Position numbers and translations under genes: made by a program
Part shown: positions 27,101 to 35,134 of the stretch, one piece after another
Layout: each line of letters begins with the position of its first letter
Position numbering within the stretch: position 1 is the stretch's first letter
Origin: a virus
Direction: 5' to 3' (one strand)
Length of the DNA: 64,000 bases
IMG/VR virus record: IMGVR_UViG_3300028394_000034
The notes under the pieces: generated by a model
The model's input: only the letters and a program-made list of their open reading frames with translations
What the model was told of the DNA's origin: nothing
Database searches by the model: none

Positions 27101-28953
27101 CAACTAGAAGAACATATTCTTATGCTAATGAGGCAGCAAATTATACTCTTGACCCAACTCTTACTGCCGGAGCAGGAGTTGCAGCAAAAGGAGCTAGTAG
27201 AGTAGCTGGAGCAATAGATGCAGCAGATACTGCAAGGAGAGCAGCAGCTGAAGCAGCAGCCAAAGCAGCTGACGACGCAGCTAAAGCAGTAGCAACAAGA
27301 ACAGCAGAAAGAACAGCAGCAGCAGCTAAAGCAGCTGACGATGCAGCTGCAAGAACAGCGGCAGTAGTACGAAAAGAAGAGAAAGCAGCATCAGAAGCAT
27401 TAGCTATGGCTGACAGCACTCCAGATTTCACTCCTCCGAGAGCAACAGATGGAGGCCCCCCACAAGTTCATGGTGAAGATTTTTATGTTAATCCTGGAGA
27501 AGCAGAACAAGCGGCTGTCATGAAGAAAGCGGCAGATGAAGCAGCAGCAAGAACAGCAGCAAGAGCAGCAGAAAAAGAAGCAGCAGAAAAAGCAGCTAGA
27601 CAAGCAGAAACAAAATATCCTGTTAAGAATCCTTCACAAGAATTTAAAGACGCATATGATAAAGCAACAGCTGAAGCAGCAGCAAGGGAAGCTAGTAGAC
27701 CAAAGCCACAGACAGTAACTAATAATCAACCAGATTTAGATAAATCTTTAGATGATTATAGTAAAATTAAAGGAAATGACCCAGCAGCGCCAGCAACAAA
27801 ACCAAGATACGACTTAGACGCAGCTGTAAAACAAGATAAATTTGGCACTACTGCAACCAAAGATCAAACAGGACAAGTAGCTTCTCAACGAGCAATGGAA
27901 GGAACCGCACCAACAGCTCCAACATATCCGGCGACTCCAACAACTTCAACATATCCAAGTCCAACCCCAAGAATAAAACCAGCTGTTCGTCCATTTAGTA
28001 GAAGAGCTGGAGAATTAGCTTTAGTTGGAGGAACAACTTCAGCTGCTACTTATTTTGGAGATACTATGGGTAGGCAGATATTTACCCCGGTAGCAGAGAT
28101 GAATGATGGACTACCTCCTCTTCCTAATACTCCCCCTCAGCCAGCATTTATGCAAAATAGAGTGCCTATGGGACAAGGAGAAGTAGGAAGAGGAGGGGAT
28201 GATCTTCCAAGAGCAAATGAAGAAGACTTAGACAGAAAAAAGAAAAATGCAAAACCTAAATCTTTAGGTGGTTTAATTTATGCTAGTAATGGAGCACTGA
28301 TATCTGCCAAAAAGTCTGGTGCTGATAGGCATTTAGCAATGTTGTCTGATAATGAATATGTGGTCAATAATAAAGATTCACTAAGACACAGAGGATTGTT
28401 AGACGCTATTAATAGTGGTAATTATAGTCGTGGGGGTATAGTTAATTACATGGCTAATGGTGGAGTTGTAGGGGCAAAATATTATCAAAAAGCTGGTTTA
28501 GTAGATCATAGTGGTAATGTTCCTAGTGGAGGATCCTCCGGTGTATCTAGTAATAGTCAAATGTCGGCTGATGCTCTTAGTTCTGTTGTGGATAAATTTG
28601 GACAGCATGTGAATAATATTGCTCCTGCAATTAGCCAATTTGGAGAACACGTTGGTCAAGTATCTCCAGCGTTGATGTCTTTTGGTGGAATGGTTGGTGC
28701 TTTCGGAGGTCATGTAGAAGCTATGAGCGCTGGAGGAACTGTTAGCCATACTCATAGTGTAGAAAATAATCATAGATTTATTGGTGGTGAAAGTATTAAT
28801 AATGTATTGAACACTATGGGTGATGGTCTTAAGATAGCAGCTGATAATAGATTAAAGGATACTCTAAGAAATATTGATACATATAACGAAAATTCACTAT
28901 TAAGAGGCACAGACGCTCAAAGTATTATGGGTAAAAACAATAATATAGCATAA
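18133..28953 (+). CDS. Tape measure protein (3606 aa) with embedded accessory domains
   Basis: TP901-type core at about 18600-19500 (FIDYDREF.KLQQVTG..LAQAGL..VNAVAAKFAVEASDI..RESAETIATGLRTIFTRIQ..ELGGFRQIGK); long helical regions; repeated (Y/F)AxGG..AMLxxGE(F/Y)V motifs; HAD, nuclease-like and EF-hand inserts. Confidence 0.9.
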   Translation: MASAFNLTAQLNLRGPSNVSAIVSNIRRQLGTISANVNVNINPTTTRNVAQLSASLNNLNRTFGTTTTSANNAARALQNFGNSVAQFSNNIRNVPQQINNTTSSIARLNAAMTSSRATSAAAGTEMQEFGRQAGLAARRFAAISTVTSVIFGLTSAIKAGVQAFIDYDREFIKLQQVTGESAAGLKGLSDTIGSLSTSLGVSSKELVDVSSTLAQAGLSARDTEKALKALALSALAPSFDDMNKTVEGSIALMRQFGISAGDLDKALGSVNAVAAKFAVEASDIITAIQRTGGVFATASKGVSEGTDALNEFISVFTSVRATTRESAETIATGLRTIFTRIQRGDTIEALKEYGVNLQDLDGKFVGAFKAVQLLSQGLSKLDPRDLSFSKIVEELGGFRQIGKVIPLIQQFATAQDALKVAQAGQGSLAADAAKAQQSLANQISKVREEFLSLFREIGSSDGFQTIIKGALTLTSTLIKVADSVKGILPALAAMLAFKGASSLVQFGAGFVGAVRGQRRAEGGTIRRYAAGGHVPGSGDGDTVPAMLTPGEFVMRKQAVRSIGVNNLHSLNRNGGGLIQRFANAGEVSDLSKTERTHIGPKIQISAKEAKEARTYGYKQAYASLGVERQIDFKPHLPAEWNQRWRRIGSGEPVPSKDIIDYVASRTPPQLFGNQGIPLRLYQKLSSINKLSSLKQTFLTGLSKLPPTVSKDPQLDFILPQYIKPFLESLDLWGQLSKSQTLSVPKEFSGVSVFDRLRMKGVPREKRRTTTKVRSALAEKFGDTFADGGSVRKFVDAGMVTPTSGRAATSTDIFRVLTLDEVIKDTGSNPGDIQRILKKRNALSPSEQAIKDKILAKYTEKTSGIKKANNLDIEKATTEGLLFGAAGFKGKAFATTPRIDIPGLQNPVKVRITSGVLDSEMSKKLLKKMSGGLNDIANKASRNMMIKDILKQTGPIYADFDRTLAFGADKILADPRKPKYSEFSDRNKVQGALGKAKLSALGAAIVSTIKQAPEFANNLNIISARPQSTMDLVAGWLAQKGIPIPLSRIKGVGGENVTAEQIAVLKADLMNPEGAFVDDDDRNVAEAEKRGIRSYLYKKKNVGSVSRKKLGEANAQGYLAERIIHELGGPIANKATTNYGIDFPDGLQSAAKYFNLPSNIPTDAKLTLNGPAELKGQIGNYLKARGYASGGHVQAMVSAGEAFVPPEEARQIGYGKLNRMNQADRNGMGSFSSGGISVFKGPGTGTSDSIGPVSLPVGGFVLREKATKALGLRSGGSVGGVKRFLTGGTIEDASDALVNANNRAIRPSVRSLDSRLNIPTAQLNELGAALRASGVQMTQFAQLASRGGDVSVAAAKRAIEADIRHSASLGTATVSTTALTAAREVLTRVQSVEAASAENVSRTRQSIVAQRFQNIGNTVSNVPVVGGAVRGLGRVGNGLNGQGGFIASMAVGALAGQGENIFGKKDSSEGAARSNAKLESGATALSTGLGLASSVAMIPGVGPALAGTIAIGTALAVAADSVYDFSGTAQKASQEFKQGKRTKNIEDLGERVGKSMEAYQKNPSGAKERAALISDSLQQSRAISNDSTERVKDLKASRAPNIFQRGLIGLGLSSAKGIGNEDLMQISKESAKKAEPAADAARKIIEQRVDSGEKLSDITNPASKEFQQLTEIIASANPEFINARDRIMEMSDAAVATTGKTKEGLIAERLRIEGAKIANDGYLTAKEKTAAAAKAMEEADKAGRQLAQSFQRMVNTFNQALGKVTFNLEKMENASQANIAALNGNAKVSQVVSKNLNVLSNPRAYSQNERNTAYDNVSAPFGQDKDSVRKLLNLDSENLGFSVRNNINSSLQDRAGLTLDKAASSSRKNLEQEISNLPEIVRNEILGKFDAIAGKVASDTTPGMSEQDKVNKLANLLEEELGKAASESAQNVRNMAIEFEKARVGALNNFIDSINNAAEAQRKAQKSMADARETRIAGGDAINEVLGGAPRSVATLQGRQNFNIGQLTGGITDPVKIRENIERKNARRSQLEEQKQQLAEAKGNNDPGVIQLSGQIAGLNTEIANSSDALGQLANSTEIATAALNKIKDIQQQMSAQGDFLDRLATSTPEEADKLAKTFQRLQNNLAGGFNDARGSQAAQEAYSNALQSGSSHDQAKMAGDAVLAQERAEVLSLFKDLKPLLSLSGKSDAQINAMQGTVRQGVYTESGLLNNPMLGGIAQGQINYDRNPLNNPALRQAVAEHDAAIENRAVAQEQEGKLQLKVASETMASAAAKFAEATQNFAKIFEEMRNGDRKVEPPQRPAPGLPRVANAPAKAKGGLIYASEGMLVNFKPKGPDVIPAMLAKNEYVINAKDTMRNLPLLEAINSGEKIQYASKGGKVGYHANGGGPISASREFALLDKNKDGILSLQEAGEYIKFDTNKDKRITISEFNSQFMADKEEGNRVNRGVSVLRSKEHSRNEAFRRGVSESQVRYERRALFAESKPVKPNAATRPGMDQAPPKENPVDNVPPVPKPSPSSSPRGAEREDPAVTAAKRQQREMDEVREIQRKWQEDRVLPNAREEALLKKYEQRQREESLSENRSKNEEGRVIDQGGAPTTEWGRKYKAQQDARRQKREEKLREEQKKQDDDMAARRKATEKAAEAANNDPEVQKERAERDARYKAEAEAAKADAAKWAAENPEEANKLLKRNPETGLISPAEDRPTTGDSYTDRLRYRAAADALYKREEEKKLQKEAEDADKKEKASLESAFKMGEKIYEREEAERKQKVQEARDAEEERQYLATPEGQERARRSQEQVEQQNLEAFRARKQKEKDDNEAERARRGGGLGGMTQKDVDDANKTYQEYTDYAGAVAGGFFEGLTNNPMTRVLSGVGSAGRYAVQTGAVALTTAASRAIDQQARTQANYGSLGSSSDDKPLDINGPEYRAYYDSLGKLQDASAAGLQAGVVETAGGLTSYVDKKTGNQLLNYSDRLNAQRQGLEDQYLEGADETTRRTYSYANEAANYTLDPTLTAGAGVAAKGASRVAGAIDAADTARRAAAEAAAKAADDAAKAVATRTAERTAAAAKAADDAAARTAAVVRKEEKAASEALAMADSTPDFTPPRATDGGPPQVHGEDFYVNPGEAEQAAVMKKAADEAAARTAARAAEKEAAEKAARQAETKYPVKNPSQEFKDAYDKATAEAAAREASRPKPQTVTNNQPDLDKSLDDYSKIKGNDPAAPATKPRYDLDAAVKQDKFGTTATKDQTGQVASQRAMEGTAPTAPTYPATPTTSTYPSPTPRIKPAVRPFSRRAGELALVGGTTSAATYFGDTMGRQIFTPVAEMNDGLPPLPNTPPQPAFMQNRVPMGQGEVGRGGDDLPRANEEDLDRKKKNAKPKSLGGLIYASNGALISAKKSGADRHLAMLSDNEYVVNNKDSLRHRGLLDAINSGNYSRGGIVNYMANGGVVGAKYYQKAGLVDHSGNVPSGGSSGVSSNSQMSADALSSVVDKFGQHVNNIAPAISQFGEHVGQVSPALMSFGGMVGAFGGHVEAMSAGGTVSHTHSVENNHRFIGGESINNVLNTMGDGLKIAADNRLKDTLRNIDTYNENSLLRGTDAQSIMGKNNNIA

Positions 28954-28966
28954 CATAAGGTTCATT

Positions 28967-30349
28967 ATGATAAAATCTCCTATTCATATATTTGATAATA
29001 TTGGTGCAAATTGTTCTATTGATAATAATAGTTTTGTTATAGGACAGAATTTAACAGGATATAAGACCTTATCTAGTGAGCATGTTGGCCACTATGTCTC
29101 CTATCTTGTTAAAAATGGTGGATCATGGGAAGTTGGACTAGGTTTAGTAAAGTATGATAATACAAAAATTGTTGTTGAAAGAACAAAAGTTACCAGATCT
29201 TCTGATAGTGATAATCAAGTAGTATTCTCTGGTAGTATCAACCAGTTTTATGTTTTTGCCAATGAGTATAACTTCAATGTGGGTTTAAATAATTGTATAT
29301 CTCTTAATAAAGATACAGATATAGAGAATATTCGTGCCACCTATCTAGTAGACCTCTCAGATAAAAATATTCAAGTCAACTTACCTTCTGCAACAGAAAA
29401 CCAAGGACTAGTATTAGAATTCAAAGGGTCGGGAAGTAAATATTTACAAGTTAAATCTGATAATACTACAGTATGTATCTTATCTGATCAACAATATATT
29501 AAACTTATTTCTAACGGAGAATCTTGGATCAGTTTAGTTTCAAATTCTCAAAATGATTCTGTTTCATCTCAGGCAGCAATTACGGGAATTAGTACCGATA
29601 TTGCATATAATGCTTTATTAGAAAATATTAGTGGATTAATTAGTGGATCTAATCTTTATCTAGGTAATAATGGAAAGCTATTAATTGGTGCTTCTGGAGA
29701 AGCTGATGCTGCTAATATAATCCCAACATCTGGTAATTATCCAGTAGTCTTTAATAATACAAGAGTTGGTTCTGATTTTTGGGTTAAGGGTAGCGGAGAT
29801 AAGAGTTTATACTTTTCATATACAGGAAAGGTTGGGATTAATGTTCCAACAACAGTGTCTTCTGATTCACTCTCTACTCTTCATGTTGTTAATACTCTTT
29901 GTGGAGAAGGTATTCGTTTAGAAAATAGAAATCAATGTTCTCCAGCAAATATTACTTTATATCATAAGCCCTCCACCGTACCAGCAAATAATGATATAGT
30001 AAGCACAATTAATCTATCTTCTAAAAATTCAACTAATAATCAGATTGATTATGCTCAGATTAGATCACGAGCATTAAATGCTACCTCTCCTTCTACTAGT
30101 GGAGAATTCTCAATAGCTGTTAATAATACTAGTAATAATTTAATAGAAATATTTAAAGCAAATAGAGATGGCTGTTACGTTAGTGGAGTAGTTTCGGCTT
30201 CTTCCTTTAGACTTAGCGTTCCAACAACTAGTGGCAATCTTTTAATGTCAGATAGTAATGGAAATATAATGTTGACAAGTGTTGCAAATAGCCCCATTAT
30301 TAATTTGATAGATGGTGGTGTTGTTGTCTTTACTGGAGTTTTGACATAA
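28967..30349 (+). CDS. Putative tail fibre / tail-tip-associated protein
   Basis: N-terminal YLV..G.WEVGLG..VER..V.RSS..VVFSG..YVF module seen in phage fibre proteins; KVGINVP shaft motif. Confidence 0.5.
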   Translation: MIKSPIHIFDNIGANCSIDNNSFVIGQNLTGYKTLSSEHVGHYVSYLVKNGGSWEVGLGLVKYDNTKIVVERTKVTRSSDSDNQVVFSGSINQFYVFANEYNFNVGLNNCISLNKDTDIENIRATYLVDLSDKNIQVNLPSATENQGLVLEFKGSGSKYLQVKSDNTTVCILSDQQYIKLISNGESWISLVSNSQNDSVSSQAAITGISTDIAYNALLENISGLISGSNLYLGNNGKLLIGASGEADAANIIPTSGNYPVVFNNTRVGSDFWVKGSGDKSLYFSYTGKVGINVPTTVSSDSLSTLHVVNTLCGEGIRLENRNQCSPANITLYHKPSTVPANNDIVSTINLSSKNSTNNQIDYAQIRSRALNATSPSTSGEFSIAVNNTSNNLIEIFKANRDGCYVSGVVSASSFRLSVPTTSGNLLMSDSNGNIMLTSVANSPIINLIDGGVVVFTGVLT

Positions 30350-30870
30350 TGAAAATTAAACGAGACATATCATCGACTGCCGCCCCATCTGCCGAACAAT
30401 TAGAAGTTGGAGAATTAGCTATTAATGCTAAAACTGGTATTCTATATACTAAATTAGTAGACGGATCAGTTGTCAAATATCTAGGATCCCCAGTAGGAGC
30501 CTCATCTGCTAACCCTGGTGTTTACTCCCCTACTCCTGTTATAACATTCTCAGATACCACTAGTTTTTGCTGTAATGGTACTAGTTTGATAGTTACTGTT
30601 AATAATCTCTTAGTAGATTCTATTTATTCTTATTCTATAGTTGATCTTACAGGAAACTCTACTGTTTCCTTTAGTCAAACAAGTGCCCAACTATTCCCAT
30701 TAAATAGCTCGCAAAGATCTGCTGTACTAAATATTAGTATAGGAACCTCTCAGCCTAATGCTACTTTAAAATTTAGTATTTATGAAATAGTTACAGTGGG
30801 AAGTTCAACAACCAGCATTATTCGTTCAGAAAAATTATTACCCATTTGTTGTCAGAATTGCACAGGATAA
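30349..30870 (+). CDS. Structural protein: Mtd_N-like N-terminus plus Cys-flanked beta-sandwich
   Basis: KIKR..APS..QLEVGELAINAKTGILY; FCCNG...NNLLVDSIYSYSI...PICCQNC; TAATG coupling. Confidence 0.6.
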   Translation: MKIKRDISSTAAPSAEQLEVGELAINAKTGILYTKLVDGSVVKYLGSPVGASSANPGVYSPTPVITFSDTTSFCCNGTSLIVTVNNLLVDSIYSYSIVDLTGNSTVSFSQTSAQLFPLNSSQRSAVLNISIGTSQPNATLKFSIYEIVTVGSSTTSIIRSEKLLPICCQNCTG

Positions 30871-30873
30871 ACT

Positions 30874-31665
30874 ATGCCAAATAAGATATACTATGCAGGA
30901 AATCTATGTTCTGGCGGAGTTGTGGTACCCTTCAGTGGCATAAATCTATCTCTTAATCAAACATATAGAATTAACTTTTCTTGTATTAGTACTATTTCTC
31001 CTAATAGTCAGGTTACTTTAAATCCTACTGGATATATGTTAACTCCTTCAGAAAGAGAATTAAAACTACAAACCAATTTATTAGTTAAAAACGGATATAA
31101 TATAGATAACAGTAGCTCTAATATTGTTCAATTATCTATTTTTAATAGTAATAATACTGAAATATATAGAGATTATGTTGCTGTTACTTGTGGAGATTTA
31201 TGTGGGGCTAATGGGATACCAGCTTCTACAGCTACTCCCACCATAACTCCATCACAAACTAGTACTCCTCCTCTAGTTACTCCGTCAGTTACCCCAACAA
31301 TAACTCCAACAATAACACTAACCCCCACCCCAACAAGAACTAGGGCTTTAACCTTCAAAGTAGAGTTTGATAGCAAAGAGTTTATTACAAATCTTCCTGC
31401 TTGTAATCAAGCTATTGTTAAAGCAAATATATATGGCTTAGTAAATGAATACTATCAATATCGTTTTAGTACAGATATGGTTGGAACTGATTTAGGTTTA
31501 TCTAATCCTTCTGGAACCGTCCTCTTGACTAGTAATCCAACAACAGTTGTAACCACCGTTAGTATGCCTCGTCCATGCACCAATTATTCATTAAAATTTG
31601 GAGTTACTAATACTGGCCATACTGTAGAGACCATAGGCTTTTTTAATTGCGGTAATTGTTCATAA
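30874..31665 (+). CDS. Structural protein: two Cys-flanked beta-sandwich domains joined by a Pro/Thr linker
   Basis: NLCSGG..NLSLNQTYRINF..VTCGDLC; TPTITP linker; PACNQ..YYQYRF..FNCGNC. Confidence 0.6.
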   Translation: MPNKIYYAGNLCSGGVVVPFSGINLSLNQTYRINFSCISTISPNSQVTLNPTGYMLTPSERELKLQTNLLVKNGYNIDNSSSNIVQLSIFNSNNTEIYRDYVAVTCGDLCGANGIPASTATPTITPSQTSTPPLVTPSVTPTITPTITLTPTPTRTRALTFKVEFDSKEFITNLPACNQAIVKANIYGLVNEYYQYRFSTDMVGTDLGLSNPSGTVLLTSNPTTVVTTVSMPRPCTNYSLKFGVTNTGHTVETIGFFNCGNCS

Positions 31666-31673
31666 GTCGTCTT

Positions 31674-31687
31674 TTAGTGTATATTAT
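31674..31687 (+). promoter_or_regulatory. Candidate promoter motif TTAGTGTATATTAT
   Basis: GTGTA begins 41 nt before ATG 31718. Confidence 0.5.
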
Positions 31688-31717
31688 TTTATATATTGAC
31701 CTTTTAGGATTTCATTC

Positions 31718-34700
31718 ATGTCCATAACCATTAATCTTGATTTTAGGAACTATACCAAAAAAACGAATCTAGAACAAGTCGTTGTATTAACGGCTAATGA
31801 CTCACTACAAGGATTCTTTATTGCTTCTGTTTATTGTACTAATTTAATTGTAGGAAATAAATATCAAATAAATTATTCAGTATTACAAAATAATAATAAT
31901 GCTATTTTCGACCCAGCTCAACAAACAATATATGCATCTTATCAGACACAAAATTTTGCAACATTAATTAAAGTACCTACCCAAGGACTATATACGTTAT
32001 CGGCAACAATAAGAGATATTACTCTTGGACCAACTGGTGGGGATGTTGGTACTGATACTATTACTGTTCAGTGTGGGCCTTTTCCAGTAACTCCTACTCC
32101 GACCCCAACAGTTACTCCTAGCTCTCTATATAGAGAGAATAAATTAAATGTAATTTTATTAGATTCTGATTTAGTAGAAGATTCTATTATAAATTTTGAT
32201 AGTTGTTCTCAAGACTTAGTTTTAGTAACATTAGCCAGCGGTGCTATTGTAGGGAATAAATATTCATACAATTTTAAAGATTATCCTCAAAATTCAGTTT
32301 CTATTGAGAATAGGCAGGGAGAAATTTTTGCCGGGTCTGAGATTCAAAATATCAATACAAAAATAGCCCTTACTGGAATTCCTTATGCTTTTATTGTTTC
32401 TGAAATTACAGATATCAATACTGGCTTCAAAAAACAAAGTCAACCAATACTTTTAAGATGTTCTCAAGGAGGATCTTGCTCTACTACTATTCTACCAGTA
32501 GGAATAGATATTAATTTTGGAGCACCAACCTTCAAAAGTTGTAATTCCCGAGGATTAACTTTAGCTAGTATATCATACCTCAAAGGAGGTACTGGTTTTT
32601 CTATTGGAGATAAACTAACAACAAAGGATGCGGGAGGATATGGAGCAGAAATAACTATCAATTCTGGTGGAATTACTGTTGATACTATTACCTCTATTTC
32701 TGGGGGTACAGGTTTTAATATTGGGGACTATGTATCTGTTACTGGGTCAGATGGAAATGGAGCTTTACTAAAAGTAGTATCAGGAGGAATAACTGCTCAA
32801 TCTATTGATGCTACTTCAAATAATTGCACAGGCTTTAGTATTGGAGAGTTGATAACTACTATAGGAGGCGGAGGAAGTGACGCTCTCATTTCTGTTACAT
32901 CTACAGGAATAAATGGATCTATAACAAATTTTTCCATTCTCAATAATGGTTACGGTTACACCTATGCTCCAAACGGAATTAAATCTTTAACCTCTAATAG
33001 AGTATGTACATCTCTATCATTCAATGCTAATAATTTTACTATTCCTCCTGTTGGAGGAGTAACAAATGATTCTCTTAATTTATCAGGAGGTACTGGTTTT
33101 GACATAGGAGAGATAATTAGTATCTCTGGAGCAGAAAGTACCAGTGGTGGAGCAAAAGTAAGAATATTATCTGGATCTCTTAGTGCTGCCTCTATAAATA
33201 TAGCTAGTGGAACAGGATATGTTGTAGGAGATTTATTAACAACTACTGGTGGAAATGGAGCAGACGTTGTTATTAGAGTAACCTCCGTGAGTAGTGGAGC
33301 TATTACTGGTTGGGAAATATTGAATGGAGGCTATGGATTTACTAGTGCTCCAACAGGACTTGTTAGACTAACAGGAGCAGGTACCTCAGCAACATTTACT
33401 GGTAATGCAACGAATTTTGCTATTACTCCTGCCGGAGAAATTACATCAAGTTCAATTTCTGGATTAATAGGAACTGGACCATTTTCCGTTAATGATATTA
33501 TATTGGTAGCTGGAGGAGATGGTAATGGAGCAACAATACAAGTAACAAAAATAGATAGTAATCAAAAAATTCTAGAATATGTAATAACTAATCCTGGTTC
33601 TAGTTACACAAAGACTCCAATATTAGCCAACCCTAATGGATTAGCTTTAACAATACAACCAACATTTAATATTGATAATTTTACAGACGCTGGGTATGTT
33701 GTAACCAATGCTGGATGTTGTTATAAAAATACTCCAACAGCTATTTCTTCAGACGGTAATGGCTCTGGGATGATAGTTCAATATGATACAAAAAACTTTA
33801 TAGATCCTGCTTTAGCCGTTGTTAATCCCGGAGCAGGATATACTCGTCCTCCTACTGGTCTTAATGTTGTGACTGGAGATGGTTCAGTAGCGTCTGTTAC
33901 AGCTTCTTTCAATGGAAATAATTTTACCATCCCTGCTGCTGGATCAATAACATATTCTTCAATGAGTAGTTTGATAGGAAAATCAGGATTCTCTAATGGA
34001 GAAGAACTCCTACTAGCTGGAGCAGATGGGACTGGCGGAAGAATACAAGTATTTACGAATAGTTCTGGAATTATTACTAAGTACGTAATACTAGATCCAG
34101 GTTCTGGATATACTATTTCTCCAACTCTAACTAAAATAAATGGGACAGTTATTCCTGGTATTCTTTTCGATCCATCTCTATTTACAACACCAGCAATTTC
34201 GGTTACAAATCCTGGTTATGGATATTTTGATAAGCCATCAGCACTAGAAGTTACAACAGGATATGGTAATCTAGATACTGCTGTTGTAGTATTTAACGAT
34301 AATCATTTCATTGAGATTATTGGGCCACAACCAACACCATCTAATACTCCCCCAAATACTCCAACACCAACACCAACCCTGCCCGCTCTATGTAACGATT
34401 TACAATTCGCTGGTGGACAGAATGATAGATATGATCTTACAGTTAGTCTTCCAGCAATTAGTGGTCAAAATTTCTTGATAGTTGAAAATTCTCCAGCAGC
34501 AAGTATGCATTCAATTCTACAAGGAGCTGGTTTGGTAAATGGAACAGCTATCATTAGTGTTGAAAATTATTATACGACTTTTATGAATGATACTAATTTA
34601 AGAAAAATTTATTTGGATCGTAATTTAACAGCAAATATTGATGGAGATACACAGGTCACTGGCTTTACTGTAGATGCCAGAATTATTAAAACATCATATT

Positions 34701-35119
34701 GGCCTGGATATATGAGATTTGATTATGATGCTTATCAAATCCCTGACAGATTTAAAATAATTGGTATTCCATTAGATTCCAATAAACCACAAACATTACT
34801 ATGGGATAGTGATTATAGAGGAGAGACTAATAGCTGCGGATTTGCTGTTCCTGTCGCTTTAGGAAAAGGAACCACGACCATATACAAACCAGAAGGTGTT
34901 ACTAATGTTAAAGTTATAGTAGAGGCCCCATGTGTAGGTACGGCTTGGGAGTATATCCTATACTGTCCAATCAGAACTCTCATGAGTCCAACACCAACTA
35001 TTACTCCAACTATAAGTTTAACTCCCTCTATAACTCCAACTATAAGCTTAACCCCCTCTATAACTCCAACCAAAACTGTTACGCCCACAATAACATTAAC
35101 TCCATCCAGAAGTCGTTAA
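31718..35119 (+). CDS. 1133-aa structural protein: two beta-sandwiches, seven tree-nested GxG(F/Y)...NxGxGY repeats, C-terminal DAY.IPDRF domain, Pro/Thr tail
   Basis: TTAGGA RBS; repeats read directly from the translation; C-term FDYDAYQIPDRF..V.VEAPCVGTAWEY.LYCP. Confidence 0.7.
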   Translation: MSITINLDFRNYTKKTNLEQVVVLTANDSLQGFFIASVYCTNLIVGNKYQINYSVLQNNNNAIFDPAQQTIYASYQTQNFATLIKVPTQGLYTLSATIRDITLGPTGGDVGTDTITVQCGPFPVTPTPTPTVTPSSLYRENKLNVILLDSDLVEDSIINFDSCSQDLVLVTLASGAIVGNKYSYNFKDYPQNSVSIENRQGEIFAGSEIQNINTKIALTGIPYAFIVSEITDINTGFKKQSQPILLRCSQGGSCSTTILPVGIDINFGAPTFKSCNSRGLTLASISYLKGGTGFSIGDKLTTKDAGGYGAEITINSGGITVDTITSISGGTGFNIGDYVSVTGSDGNGALLKVVSGGITAQSIDATSNNCTGFSIGELITTIGGGGSDALISVTSTGINGSITNFSILNNGYGYTYAPNGIKSLTSNRVCTSLSFNANNFTIPPVGGVTNDSLNLSGGTGFDIGEIISISGAESTSGGAKVRILSGSLSAASINIASGTGYVVGDLLTTTGGNGADVVIRVTSVSSGAITGWEILNGGYGFTSAPTGLVRLTGAGTSATFTGNATNFAITPAGEITSSSISGLIGTGPFSVNDIILVAGGDGNGATIQVTKIDSNQKILEYVITNPGSSYTKTPILANPNGLALTIQPTFNIDNFTDAGYVVTNAGCCYKNTPTAISSDGNGSGMIVQYDTKNFIDPALAVVNPGAGYTRPPTGLNVVTGDGSVASVTASFNGNNFTIPAAGSITYSSMSSLIGKSGFSNGEELLLAGADGTGGRIQVFTNSSGIITKYVILDPGSGYTISPTLTKINGTVIPGILFDPSLFTTPAISVTNPGYGYFDKPSALEVTTGYGNLDTAVVVFNDNHFIEIIGPQPTPSNTPPNTPTPTPTLPALCNDLQFAGGQNDRYDLTVSLPAISGQNFLIVENSPAASMHSILQGAGLVNGTAIISVENYYTTFMNDTNLRKIYLDRNLTANIDGDTQVTGFTVDARIIKTSYWPGYMRFDYDAYQIPDRFKIIGIPLDSNKPQTLLWDSDYRGETNSCGFAVPVALGKGTTTIYKPEGVTNVKVIVEAPCVGTAWEYILYCPIRTLMSPTPTITPTISLTPSITPTISLTPSITPTKTVTPTITLTPSRSR

Positions 35120-35134
35120 TAGGATAAAATATAG

